Source: Mizuhopecten yessoensis
Lineage: Eukaryota
Assembly (NCBI RefSeq): GCF_002113885.1
Contig: NW_018408896.1
Coordinates: forward strand, 2,237,711 to 2,301,710
DNA length: 64,000 bases
Direction of reading: 5' to 3'
Of the stretch, positions 14,646 through 28,794 are shown piece by piece. The notes beneath the pieces are model-generated. The model worked only from the letters and a program-made list of their open reading frames with translations, had not been told where the DNA came from and made no database searches. Position 1 is the stretch's first letter; each line of letters begins with the position of its first letter. The position numbers and the translations under genes were made by a program.

Positions 14646-14658
14646 TGACCTCTGACCT
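14646..14658 (-). promoter_or_regulatory. Perfect DR1 nuclear-receptor element AGGTCA-G-AGGTCA
   Basis: Plus strand TGACCTCTGACCT, ~1.1 kb into the intron after the signal-peptide exon. Confidence 0.35.
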
Positions 14659-14941
14659 CTATCAGTGTTCATAACCTGTTATTGAGCCAGTGTCAAACTA
14701 CCCAGTAATCAGGGAAGTAAACAGAGAGCACCTGGTTCAGAGAGAACATGGCTTGTTCCATCTCATCAATATGGAAATGAAGTCTGTAGTATTCAATTAG
14801 GTATGTTTGTCCCGACAGGATGTTGGTCAATTATGATCAGGAATAATGTTTGACCACTTGAATTATGGTCAAGCAATTCTCTTGTTACAATTGTTGGGAT
14901 AAGAAGCACTGTTTCTATAACCAAATCTTTTGATCCAATCT

Positions 14942-15030
14942 TTAACCCATTCTCCCCTAAAGTCACATTTTAACCTTACCAAATCAATGACTGGGCAAGT
15001 CAAGTTTAAATATGTAGGGGTGAATGAATA
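14942..15030. mobile_element. Degenerate TTAA-type (piggyBac-like) mini-MITE
   Basis: Imperfect inverted ends TTAACCCATTCTCCCCTA ... TAGGGGTGAATGAATAA. Confidence 0.4.
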
Positions 15031-15738
15031 AACTGTAATTAAATTGTATTGCCTTGTATTTTGACTCTTAATTGTAATCTGCCCCCTTTCAATGGTAAAA
15101 TTGTACTTATAATTGTCACATTGTACTGCTAACCAATTACCCTGGATATAATTAAATAATTCCTATAAGAGGTGGTTGTTTCTATCCTGTTGGCTATCAT
15201 CAGGCAATATTTTACGGTTATGTTAAAAAAATCAGTTTCCTGAAGAACTTGGGTGAGAAAAATAAACTTTAAAAAGTTTCAAATGTCTGTTTAATGACAG
15301 CATTTAAAACAGCACTTTGTTTGAAGCTACCTATCCCCTGGGTATTCTGGTATACATTTGCAAACACTTAACTTCTCCTATCAGTAAATATGATACTACT
15401 ATATAGATTCCATTACCCTCTCAAAGGATTTCCTATATATTCTTAGATATTTGGAAGCGATAGAGAAGAGAAAATTGTGTCTTTTTCTGTCAATATGGGA
15501 CATTTAGGGTAGGTAGATAGACAGACGGCCTGGGTGAGCTATGTAATTTCTAAACCGATTTTTTCCTTGTTTTTAAATAGTTTGGCTTCAACAATTATAT
15601 GTCAGTTTATTTTTTTATAAACAAGATAAAAAAAAATAGTAAGTCGCTTCATGTTGTCTGAATAGGAATAAAAAGGGTTTTACCATCAAAGGAAAATGAG
15701 TCCGATAAAAGAAATAAGATAATTAGTTAACTACTTAC

Positions 15739-15802
15739 CGTTAGCCGTTACAAATCCTAATGCCAATAGCACCAACAATCCCAGTCTGTCCATCCTAACC
15801 AT
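15739..15802 (-). CDS. First coding exon (signal peptide) of an unidentified secreted or type-I membrane protein; whole exon 15739-15824
   Basis: Minus strand reads acceptor ...ttctctggttttatcacAG|, 22 nt of UTR, then Kozak gcaccATGg. It encodes MVRMDRLGLLVLLALGFVTAN+G (basic n-region, hydrophobic h-region, small-residue c-region) and ends at a phase-1 donor G|GTAAGT. Confidence 0.8.
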
Positions 15803-18800
15803 GGTGCTTCGTCTCCGAACCGTTCTGTGATAAAACCAGAGAAGTATAGATTAATATATTGTCGAATTCATATCTTCAAAAAGTTTGGAGAGTCCGACAT
15901 TTCAAAATTTTAAAACACGTGTCCCTGTCCCTGAATCTTGACTACTGACCTCTGGTGTTAGAGTTGAAACACAGTTTACACAGCGAGACAGAGTGTTCAT
16001 ACGCTCAACATTCAACATTATAAAACAAAACACATGCTCAAATCGTCCCGATCTCGTCTTCAGTAATCTGTTTCCATGACAAATTGGGTTTTACGCGGAA
16101 ACACAAAAGCCTGGCTACACTAGCTGCAGAAGTAGTGTCAAGTTTTGATGTTTTTGATAACGTCAGAATCACAGGAGATTGAAAACCCGCACGTGCTTCA
16201 CACCAAACTTGTTAAAGAAAAAATGAAAGAATGTGAAATGTACATAGTACACAGTGAACCTGACAACACGGGAACTTGTTAGCGGTGTCGAGACCTGTCC
16301 GCGCACTTCCGGTGTTGTTCTCCACTATCACTGATCATGATGGTCCCGGAGTTGTCAATCATCGCTGGTATGAATATTCCATTACAAGTTGGCTCCCGAT
16401 GTAGTCTTACTCTGTTGGGTTTGCCTCAAAATCTTGCTACATCGCTCCGATACCGACATTCCTAGATAATCCCGTGGGTAATTCATACATGTTCACATTA
16501 ACCATCAGATGTTTCAACACCTAAAATCTAGAATTTGACCGCTTGTTAAATTCCCATTATAGAAACGGATTTTGACTTCATGAACTTTTCTTGGTACCTT
16601 CCTTGTTGAAATATGTACACCGTTGATTATATTTTGGATTCCCCATGATTCGCGCTTTTGCCGAGGCAGAACTAAACTTCGGTTTCGCTAGACCATATTG
16701 CCGACGAAAAATCCAACCAATAGATTATTTCAAAACTATAACAATCTTTGTCAACATGTTTCTGACATTTCCTCGAACCGTTTTCGTTGATACGTGTGCA
16801 GCAGGCCTATCTTGTATATATATATACTTATCGAATCAACGCTCGAAGACCCAGTCCGCCGAGCGCGAGTAATGAATTTCCCGTCCCTGCTAATAGCAAG
16901 GCCACATTAGACCATTAACGCACGTCTCTAAACCCCTACTCCATCCTCCCCCGCTAAGGGACTCCTGCTGTTTTTTTGGCTGACACGGGACCGTGTAATT
17001 ATTTTCTAGATATTCTTCATCATAGCTATAAAATATTATATTTTAGTCAAGATTTGAAGGAAAGTTAACTTGAGATTTTTAACACGAAAACGCAGCACGT
17101 GCGATATTTCTGCATGGTAATTTTTACGCTATCAACGTTGACGGCGAGGGGGTACTTCAAGCCAATTCAAGTGTCGAGACTTGCGGCTTCTCTATCCAGC
17201 CATTTACAATTTGATTGAGATTGCCTAGCGTACATTTTTTCAAAGATATACACATTTTTTCCATATTACAACATGGATTATCTACTACCTACAACTTTTC
17301 TTAGATTATAAACACATTTTTTGCTTGTACTTACATCAGGGGGAACTCGCGCAGAATTAAGTGATAGATAAATAAGTTACATGTGACGTTTTTATAAATA
17401 TATACGAGTTTTCTTTGTACACATCAACTCATCTCCATCACAAACGCACGTGGGAAAAATTGTATACGCTGTATACAAACTAGAATTATCAGATCGAAGT
17501 CTTTCGGCTACTACGGGGGACCACAATCGATCTTCTCCTCGTAGTAAACTAGAATAATCATTACATTTGATTCGATATCGTCTACGAAGCATGCAGCAAC
17601 TACTGAAGTAGACAAATGTAAACATGAAATCAGTTTAAATCCATTTACAACTCCATCATTTTCTGGTGCATGACTTTAATGAAGTTATAATCCACATGAA
17701 TATTGAAATGTCCAGGCGGGTTTACGTCTCCCTACACCGGGGCCCGGCTTATTGAATTTCGGGATTGAATGTCGACGGAACTCCCATACTTTCTGTGGCT
17801 AGAGCATTGTGTTTACTCAATAGCAGGAGAAGAAACTGATTTAATATGGTTTTTATTATAAAGTGCACTCGGTACAGTTTATAGAGGCTGTATATAGCTA
17901 TTTATTATATCAGCGATGTCTTTTTCATGGAGTTTTCCCCATGTGGCTTTATATTGTAAACAACTTCTCTATGCATTTATATATACGATTATAACTTTAG
18001 CACACACTAAACATATCAATCAAGCTATTCAAAAGACTTTTGAATAATTAAAATATCAATTATAAAATCAGACACTGAATATATTGAAGGTGTATTATGA
18101 CCGGAATCGAGTCCATTATGAAATAACTAAAGCTGATGTATTGATTTTCCTGCATCTTATTCTAGATCTAAATCTTTTTAATCCAATTAAACGAAACTCA
18201 AAATCGGATGAATAAATCATACAGATTCAACATCGTAATAACTCATCTCTGACGTTATTAATATCTTATATAACAGTGGTGGGTTCGTCGATATCCTTAG
18301 TGGAGAAAACTAAGAGACGTAATTACATAAAATCACTACCACATGTTAAACATACAGAGAATGGAACCATGACAAAAAAAGACAGAAAAAATCACTTACT
18401 TGACTACAAATGCTGAGTTAAGCTTTGATACATTCCTTACCAATGTAACGTCCAACATATATATCCAATGGCAAAAAGAAATTTGGAATACGAAAACTGA
18501 ATCAATTATCTTAGTTTCAAGTATAAATCCAAGGAATGTTTTCGTTGCGGCTTTCACGCGAGTACTGATATATAAGTTATAAATATCTGGACGTAGTTAG
18601 CAATATTTGACGGGTCTGCCCCAGGTCAGGGTTTTCAACGCTACCTTATTTCCTCCTACAATTACTGTTATCGAGGGCGGCCTGAATCAAATAATTTCGC
18701 CCCGGAGAAAATTGAGCGCGGAGTAATCAGATTCGATTAAGGTGGACACAGATAGATAAAAGGGTGTTAGATTATACCGATTGTATCTGCTGATAATTCT

Positions 18801-21800
18801 CTAGTCAAAGGCCTCCCTTAAAATCACGTATTAACGTTCTGTCCACCTATCACTGGGGTCAAAATGTGACAAAGAGGGGACTAAGGGTTTGTATAAACTC
18901 TCTACTCTCTCACAAATATTTTAAAATTCACCCAAAGTTCAACCTTGCATTGTACTAATTATGCAAATGATTGACACTTACTCATAAGATTGACCTGTAT
19001 TTAGTCATAGCCTGCCGTGACAGCCTAGAAGGCCACGTGGAGTACTACACATCAGGACAGAAACGCAGCTATCAATCACACACATGGGGAATCAATGTTT
19101 CAGAACAAAATGATAGTTCGGTCGACACATTGTAGCAAATTATTGCAATTTTTTCATCAACTATCGCAAATTAAATCTGTCGATTGTTTCACGTAGTTTT
19201 AATTTGAATAAAAAAATAAGTCATCATCTTTAAATCCGATATCGTTGGCTAATTTTACCGTCTTACCGGAAACACCTGTGCCAGGCAGTGTTATAACGAT
19301 AAGAAGACGAATCGCTTTGGCCCATTTATATTTTAATTTGATCGATTACATAAGGCAATTATCACAAGGCTCAGGAGGGGAGAAACATAACAAGATAAAT
19401 TTATGAGAATATTTTTATATTTAAAAACGATGGTGGGGTCAGCAAATATTGACAAAAATGTCCTTCAATGTAAGATGTTTTAATCCGTGCTAAATGACAT
19501 TTTATCTAGAATAAGAACGTTACACCTGTAATTTTATTGCTGTGACGTCAAAAAGGTAAAAGTTTGATATCAAAGGTAAGTGTTAGCGCGTGATTGATGA
19601 GTTGTTTTCGTGTACCTAATAAAACGTTTATGTAGAATTATAGATCTACAGACAGTCTAGTATGGGCCCAGGTTTAAACTCCCTAAATAAAAACAGTGCT
19701 GTAAATTGTTCCGATCACCAGAAAAATAACATATAGAAATATATCTTACAGCAAACAAATTAAGGAGTATAATCTGAAAAATGTCTTAATATTTAAAGTT
19801 TCTGTTTCGTGCATTTTGGCTGACAATATCGATCAAATCGCTGTGTAAATATTATAAGTTGGACGCGGGTCTATATTAACAAAAGTAAAGTTAAGTAAAT
19901 ATATATAATATTATCAATTAGACTCCATTCAATCAAACCTTATTGCATCTAAACAATGTTATTTATCGAGAACATTTTATAAGTCAGTGTCAAATTATAA
20001 CACGGCCCACAGTTACATTAAAAGCGCTTCCTTTGATTAAATAAAATATATTGTATAAATATATACAATCAGGGGCGTCTCGTCTTTGAAATAAACAATT
20101 ACCTTGAATTAGAAAGCCACTATCGTAACTGCCGCTAATACACAGTCATAAAATCCGATATCATAGGCCAGGCACGCTATATCCAGCAGCTAGTATCCTC
20201 CTCATTTCACTGGAAATCCGAGATAATTGCTATTATAACATACAAATTACGTTACAATAAATGTCTTTCTATAATAAAATATAAAGATCACAAAACTCCA
20301 TCGTTTGTTGATATACGAGTCATGTGTAACACTCCACAACGTGACGGCCTAGTACTATGAGAGGAGCTCTGAGCCGCTCGCTATAAAAACTCTTCGCTGA
20401 CTGACTACCACCGTATCGTACACGCTATGTAACACTCGACGTCTCTCTTGGTGGTCAAAAGCGGAAAATTTGCAATAATCACAGAGCGCAATAGCAGAGC
20501 TCTACACAAACACTCGCCTCTCCCCTCCAACAGGACACATTAATGAAGTCGTCTGTTTATTCTGGTACCAGAGATTGGGTCAGTCCCATTGTCACCCAAG
20601 GGGACAACACTGTCGTCAAATAGATATCCTCTCGGGTGAAATGGTAATACATGACGTTTTACTGTGCGACACTTGAACCGTTAGATAATAAATTATTACA
20701 TTATTGTTGTGCCTTTTTTACGTAATGACCTTTTTCTGTGGGGTAATTTTTCCTTTTAAATAGAAACTATTTTTTGGCGTAAGTGCTATTTAAGAGAGCA
20801 TTGCGCGTTATCTAAACAATCTGCTGGGTTTTTTTATACTATTTGAAATAGTTTAAGATTCTGAACAATTGATTATCAATGAATGCGATAGTAAACTCTT
20901 TAAATGGTGATTAAAGTTTATCACTTTGTAGACTTAATAGCTTACACACATATTTCACATGCAGACCGTTTTTCTTAAAAACCTATATGTCAATGTCTTT
21001 TTAATGACAATAAAACTGAAAATGCCTATATGACAAACCGGAAAAATTGTAAACATCCAGAACGGTTATACGGCCCATCGAGATTGTATCGCTCGCTCTC
21101 TCTTGTGTGCGCTCTTATGGAAAAGCAAAATAGGTTTATTCAGTGGATAGAATAGCATTGTTATTTGTTAATGTATACGAATTGGAGGGAATTTAGTCAA
21201 TTATTACTTCAGATAATCAGTTCCATTAGCCGCTCTCACCAAAACATTTGTCCATTTCAAAATGGTGGGAAATGTCAGAACGAATAGCCTATCCGTTAAT
21301 TTTCCACGGGGGAAAGGAACAAACAGCTTATTCCGTATAAATTCAATATAATATGCATATTAAAGCATCATCCCAGGCCATGGCTATCAGCGTGAGACCA
21401 TGGAACCCTAGCTAAACACCGAACATAACTATTTACAAATCTTACATAAAAATCGGATATATACATATAAACATGGTTCATATTAAAGTGTTCTGATGAC
21501 CCTGATCACGTCATGTCACAAACCAAGTCAAGCGTGTGCAGGAGGTAGATTTTTGCCGTATTCTTCCATTATTGCCGATGTCATGCGCGATACGAAAAAT
21601 GGATGACACAATTATTATAATTATTCAATGAACAGGTTTTATGAGATTTAGTTATTCCGATTTCGTTTATGATATACACCTAACTCTCGTCATTGCTTGT
21701 CATTCATGCAAATTTTCTCGCCATTGAAAATGACAATATAGCTTGCAGGCGTATGCGTTTGCCGTTTATCGGAGAAATAATTAAATTTTATGTGTATTTT

Positions 21801-23953
21801 TTTTAGATAACGGCCGCAATGACAATAGGGTTCAGGTAAAATATGAAGAACCTTTAAAACTGGCTGCGGAAAGTGTCTGTGCTTTCGCCTATCTCTTCTC
21901 CTACTCTATCATATGGTAAAAAAATCCAAATCATAGAAACGATTATCTCCCTTTGTGACCGTGCGTTATCTCCCTTAGCTCAGTAGTGCGATTTTTATTC
22001 CTGTATTATGGCCCGCTATTGACTGCTATTGATGTCGGTTACCAGTTTAGATTTTGGATAGATATATGTGGTATATATACTATCGTACTATTCAAATTGC
22101 GCAAAGCAAGCTAAAGCCGACCGTTGATCTTGGAATGTCACCGCGAGGATCTTCATCAAAACACCAGACTGGAAAAGAAAATTACAGCCCTAGCTCGGCC
22201 ATTTATTATCTCAATTACCCCTGCAAAAGTACAGGACCAATTAATACTACTTGGCTCGACCCGTCCCCGAAGGTCTTCCCCGGCTATCTTGCTAACCCCG
22301 ACGTCTCGGTAATACGCTGGTCGTCCCCGATTATTCAATTTAAAAAATATATACGGCTTTTTCTTTTAACTGTAATTGTAACCCTGTGTCTCACTTACAC
22401 TATGATCTATGCAGTCTCCTGTATTGGCTCGTGACAAAACGGTTCCCGGTTTTCACAAAGGCATGCACTCCGGGGAAAAGATATTTCTGTTTAAAACGCC
22501 ACAATGTAAAATAGTGGTACACACCCTCAATAGTTCTAGAGCGTCAACGTGAAATTTTACCGGATGGTTCGCCCTTTGTTATCGCGTTTATGTTACCGAA
22601 GGCAGTAGATGGCTTTACAAACTTATGTTTTCTTAAAAAGAAAAAGGTTGAAGAAGATGAAAAATATATCACAGATATGTGTAAATAAACATAACGTATA
22701 GTTTTCAAATCACAAATATCTGATATTTTTTTACTGATATTAATTAACCGTTTTACTGAAGTTAATCGATCCTATTGTCTGTTCTTAAATCCCCTCCCCT
22801 CGGGTCTTGCCCGGTTACCTGCTCTATTGTCTTATATGCGGGTACTCCCTAAACGCAAGCTGGGAGTCCCTGTATACGATGCGTGTAAGAAGCTACACGG
22901 GGTATATTGTTGAACCGTTAACGTTATTCTGAATTCGCGTGCCACAACTATACTACTATTCCATCCACTCCAAATTTATGAGCTATCTGAAAATTTATGT
23001 GCCATTCGCGACGGCATAGCGACTCATTGATGATCATTGGGCGATTTGGTGTTGAGGCGGTGTTGGTTTTGCCGCACGTTAAATGTCCAACCCTGTGTGG
23101 GTATTAGGGGATAATTGTGGCACGGTGATCAGGACTACACATAAATCTACAGGCCCTTCAGTCGTGTTTACATCTCCTGATATATGTAAACAGTTCAGCA
23201 AATAATGGTCGAGGCGTATCAAGCAACGTTTGTTATAAGTCTTAGCGTCGGTATCGCATTGCTGTCAAGCCTAACAACTTTATGAACGGTATAGTTTTGT
23301 AGAGAATTATATTTTTAAATACCTTAATTTGAAGAGGTGTATCAGTGTAAAGAAAATGGCGAATTATATGGAGGAATAAACACGTCCCCTCCAAATGCTG
23401 TCATGTATTCTTAAATGACATGCAATTCATTGGTGGATTTTTAAAGGCCCCATGTCCCCTCATTTCTCCTCAGTCTCTTGTAAGACCACATCTCAGTCAT
23501 ATATTCCCGGGAGTTTACCGTCACTTTTCAGAAGTTTGACCCATTTCTATAAAAAAAAAAAAACAACATTACATCCGCTATTGATACCTTCAGCAGGACA
23601 CTTCCCCGTTATTTCGTGGCTAACGACTGCGACCTGACGTTAAGTTGATTGTAACAGAGCATGCCGCTGTAATGTAAATACACGATGTACATAGGAGTTG
23701 ATTTAGGACGACACAATGTCAATACTATGAAGGACATGGTATATAAACACAATACATTGTCAATGCTCAGTCCAATATAAGGTTACTTCATGGTCGCATT
23801 TCATCCCCAGTTCAAACATTGACCAGCGATTGTCAATGAAATTTAATTGAGAGCAAAAATGGAAGCGCTTTAGCAGCGCGCACCTGTTGAGGTAGGCCGG
23901 GTCTACTGCTAAGTTACTTGGACACAGGGGTATGTAAACCCGTCACACCAACA

Positions 23954-24052
23954 ATGACTTAACTCTGTCATCTGCCTCCCTCCTCTGACGTCAGGGGGCA
24001 CAAAATATGATTTAACTCTGTCATCTTTCCCCTCCTCTGACGTCGGGGGCAC
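23954..24052. repeat. ~52-bp tandem duplication containing a CRE
   Basis: TTAACTCTGTCATCT..CCCTCCTCTGACGTC.GGGGGCAC occurs twice. Confidence 0.8.
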
Positions 24053-25763
24053 CCGAATAAGACTCACGTTCCCTTTGAAGATATTTGAAAAATGTGAACA
24101 TATTCTGTGATAAAGTCAAAATAAAAAGACTACTACTGACTATGGCCCGACAAGTGACAACAGAACAGTTCAGCAGTAAATGCAATGCTGGTACTTTTTG
24201 TATTATATAATATCGGAATTAAAATAATACATCGACACTGATGGTTTTTGTGAGGTGTATGATTGACAAAGTTAATCAGCACATATCAGGTCTGTAATCG
24301 TGTGTCACTAGGACTGTAGTCGGACGTACAGGTACAGGTAGTTATCAGGTGAAATACGTGAGCTATTTATCTACTTTACAATTAATGTGTTGTATTTTTA
24401 GATTAGCTTATCAGAGCGAACAATTTCAATACTTTGTGGCATGTACTGGGTCAAGTAACAGTCTGAGTCTGTTGAAGAGATTTTCATTGATATTTTTACA
24501 AGTGTAAAATGTAAAAAAAAAATATCAAATTGAACCTGCAAATCTCGAACGCCACACCATCCCCTGCCTACATCAATTTATAGTTAATACGAACGAGGAT
24601 ATGGTTTGATCCTCAGTTTATGCTAAAAAAAAGAATACATGTCATTACATGCATATTTGTCGACAACAAATAATTCTTGTAGCGGATTGAAAATCCCACA
24701 TGAAGTTAAACAGAAATATAAATATTTTGATAAACTAGGATTTCGGCTTTCCCGCGTAATCCCACCTCTATAGCCTCAGCTGTTTTACCTGTGCACACCT
24801 GGTCAGGGTCACTGATTGGCACTCGCAGTCTGATTAAGTACAAATTTAAATATTATTTCAAACTTGTGTAAATAAACCAAGTCCGGAAAACCAGTACCCG
24901 TTAGTAGTTTCAGATAATAGGATGATCCCATTCTGGGCGTGTTCGATTGACCTTTATTACAACTTCTGGTGTGACTGTAAAGTCCTCCGTGACTTTTCCT
25001 GTGGTTTTGTTTACATCACAGCAGACGTCAGTATCCATGTCATAATACATCGGTGCATAATTAGCTGCCAATTACAAACGATGTTTTCCGGTAATTAGTA
25101 TTCGTTTAATTATCCTGAATGTGTTAATTTTTTAACGTTATAATTGTAGTATACAGTTTGACTGCAGGCGCCTGTTTTTTTTTTACAGGTGGTAAAAACT
25201 AGCCAGCGGTCAGGCTGCAAAAGGTGACACCGGAAACGCTGATTTAATGCCAGATTATTACAAATTGTCATTATTGCTCGTAAATCCCTCATATCTCAAT
25301 GTTTGTCACCAAGAAACGTCCTCAGATTCATTTAGCCTGTATAATATATCTTCATAACCCTCTAAGGTATTTTACACGAATTGTTGTAAAAAGAGAAAGA
25401 AATAATTTGAATGATTTAGATACCTTGCAATTTTCAGCGTCACTTATTGAATGAAGGGATACAACTTGACATCGATTTCATATTAAGAAATTTCATGTAC
25501 TTTTTTTTAAATGTGAGCTTTCTGATATATTAAAAATGTATTGGGCAATTTGTTTCAAATTTAAATGATGCAGTATATTTTTGATCGAACTTTCCTGAAG
25601 TAATGTATGCGATATTTGACTTTTTTTACACAAGAAATATTTTTAGTAAATCAGAAATAGATAGATGATATAAGTAAAACGACAAACACAATTTGAAGAT
25701 ATTTTCTTGCATAGGCATGTCTGAATGTATTAGTAGATTAAGGATACAATGAAATGCACTTAC

Positions 25764-25896
25764 CTGAGAACTGTTAATGTGATATTTCCGAAACACAACG
25801 TTAGTTAGTGTATGTGCACGAGTAGTAAACCGTTATCTTTATCCTAAACAATCGTCCGCTCAGCACAGTTACCTCCCCAATAATGAAACGAGTTCT
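25764..25896 (-). other. Putative non-coding alternative first (5'UTR) exon of the minus-strand gene; 5' end approximate
   Basis: Consensus donor CAG|GTAAGT, last exon base 25764. TATAAA on the minus strand at 25921-25926. Confidence 0.5.
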
Positions 25897-25920
25897 TTTT
25901 CAGTCGGTTATCTCATTCTG

Positions 25921-26150
25921 TTTATAGTCCACTTATTATCGCGTGATCCAATCAACCAATCTCGTTTGTTGCAGATTTTTTCGGACAATGAGCTGAACAA
26001 GCCGGTTAATGAGAAGTAGAAACCAACCTGTGGGCATTCAGTTGATTTCGGACAATATATGTAATGAGAGAACTGACCAGTGTGACGTCACAGTTCAGTT
26101 GCGGACCTCAGGCACAGCATGACACCTTGTGTCAGGTAATCACGTGACAT
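25921..26150 (-). promoter_or_regulatory. Putative promoter P2
   Basis: TATAAA (minus, 25921-25926), two CCAAT motifs (~25948-25960), a 12-bp palindromic CRE TGTGACGTCACA (26081-26092) and E-box CACGTG (26141-26146). Confidence 0.45.
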
Positions 26151-28616
26151 GGCACCCCGCTGATTATTTTGTTACAAATAAAAACATTTTGATTAAGGCT
26201 TAACTGTGTTGAGCGCTGTGATCGTTCACGATTGAATAGGATGAAAATATTATTCTTTCTGTAACAAGGTTATTGTTATAGTGACTGATGGCAGAACAAT
26301 AATACGTCAAAACTGAAATCTGTTCACGATAACATGTCCAATAATGAACCATATCAAACGATAGCTAAGATGATTAATGAAAATATCTCTGTGGTTTTGG
26401 TCGAGATTATTTGAGATTGACAAGAAGGGTTTTTGACAGAAAGGTTTAGTAATGGGATTATATATTCCGTGCCACGGTTCGGTGTTCACGGTAGATTATG
26501 AGTAGTCATATTTAAGTCATTTTCCTCTACATTGAATGTAATATCATTACTATATTTTGTACATAATAATATCACTATACTTTGTTTATCCTTTAATTAC
26601 TGAATTTTGTATATCATATAATTAATTACTAATACTTTGTATATCATATCATTACTATAATTTGGTATATCATTATTTCTAATACTTTGTATATTAATTC
26701 TATATTTTGTATATCATATAATTACTATACTTCGTATAGAATATTATTTCTATGTCATCACGTGTACTATATTTCTTGTATTAGCATAACCTATCTCGTC
26801 GATTCCTACTATTACAATAAAAATATTATCAATGAAAATTAAACCATAAAAGACAAATTTCGCTGAATGATCGCCGACATATTTAAAAGTTGTAATGAGA
26901 AACTTTAAAAAAGATATCATATACAATTTATTTTTCAGTGTCTGGTTTGAAATATGATAAATATATCTTATAGATATACACACACAAAAAGTGAAATAAT
27001 ATTTATCATTATATACATATATGATATGATTAACTTAACTTAGAGTCGGTATCTAGTTGTGATTCGACAATTATAATCTAACGTAGCAGCTTATGGACAA
27101 AAGACTACAATTATATGAATGTGATATTTTTACTTTGGTACTTTTCAGTCTTAATGCACACAATTGCTTTGACCTAGATTAATGTTGTGTTTATAGTCAA
27201 TAAATCAAAACTTTCTTGATAATCACTCAGATAGCACCATTTTATCAAGACTCATACCTTCTAACATTTATTGTGAACGTTTCAGATTTAGAACAAAATA
27301 ATTGCCACCAGCGTTCGAGAGAAAGCTTTTTGAATTTTCGCCCGGGGTTATTCAAGCCGGGATATGACATATCAATTTGTCGTTTGGGTGTAATCAGATA
27401 TGTTTTAACTGAAGGAAAATTAATTTATTCTGTCAAAAATGAAAACTGACCTTTTGATGCACGAGGTGAAATATTGTGTACAACAGTATTTGTTTCAGAC
27501 TTTCGTTACACAACTAATTATAACACAATGTCTGTATATATTCGTTTTTCATTTAGAGTTGATAAAGTAATGTTGTACACTTCAACAAAGTTTAATTCTA
27601 TTTAAGGTAGATCACTCGCCATTTTATTGTTTAAGGTTATATACTACGTTACTTTCTATACCTATCGCTTGCGCTAGAGTTATTTCCCTCATAAATCTTT
27701 TCCTTTCAAATGTGTCACTTATTTAACCAATGTCAGTTAACCTTCGTGTTAAGCGTTTTATTGATTTAGTGTGGAAGTCTCTTGTAAAGGAGGTACATGT
27801 CACAGGTAGGTAGCATATACCCTTAACTTCAGAGCTAAAGATATTTTCATTTTTTCAACAACGATTAAAAAGCTATTGTACTAAACATAACGTAAACTGC
27901 GTCTATATCGCTGATTACTCAACAAGGCTAAGTAGCATATAATGTCTAAGGAATGGTATTAATGTCACTTTATTAAAGTTACGAACTTCAAGTAGTTCAC
28001 GCGCAGGTGTGATAAAAAGTTTGATACAGGTGCAACGTTCACCACACAGGTAAAGCTACAGGTGTCAGGCCAGAGTAGGGCTTAGTCAGAGAATGGAATG
28101 CCCGTTTACTAATTATTTGTAATACCTGTGAAGCAGAATTAACTTAACAGGACAGCATTATGAACCTGTTTTCTATACGACGGTAATGTTGTACCGTTAC
28201 CTAGGTATAATGGAACCGGTTTAGGATTACGTCCCTTCTATCTGTATTCGGAGCGCCACCACACCAATTTCACGCGCCGCTGAATTTTCCTGTGATCTAT
28301 TATTTCTTAAAGGAGATGAAACTTTAGATACGAACAGCTTACAATAATTGCAATTTCGATTCGATGTCAATGGACAATATGTTTTAGTAAGATAAAAGAG
28401 AAATACGTCAACCTACTTTGCACCCTACACAATATAAACTATGCATGTTATGTTTGTAGAATCATGTTTAAACTATTAACAGGATTTTGATTTACAAAAG
28501 GATCTTTTCCAATTAATAAAGGAATTTAATATCGCATGAACATATCAACATATTACACTCATAAATAACGCTCTAAACACATATTTATATATATATATTA
28601 ATATTACACGTATATT

Positions 28617-28794
28617 CCACAGGGACCTGAGGATTTGTTACAGCTATATTTGGACCTAAACCAAGATGTTCAGAGTAATTTTACATGTTTTAGGGGTTTA
28701 AATCGACTTTCGGTAAAAAAAAATGACACTCCAAATGCTTAACACCTTATTTTAGGTCCAAATATAGCTGTAATAAATTCTCAGGTCCCTGTGG
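28617..28794. mobile_element. MITE with ~54-bp TIRs flanked by TATATT direct repeats
   Basis: CCACAGGGACCTGAG...GGACCTAAA... matches the reverse complement of 28741-28794 with ~5 mismatches. TATATT lies at 28611-28616 and 28795-28800. Confidence 0.8.
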
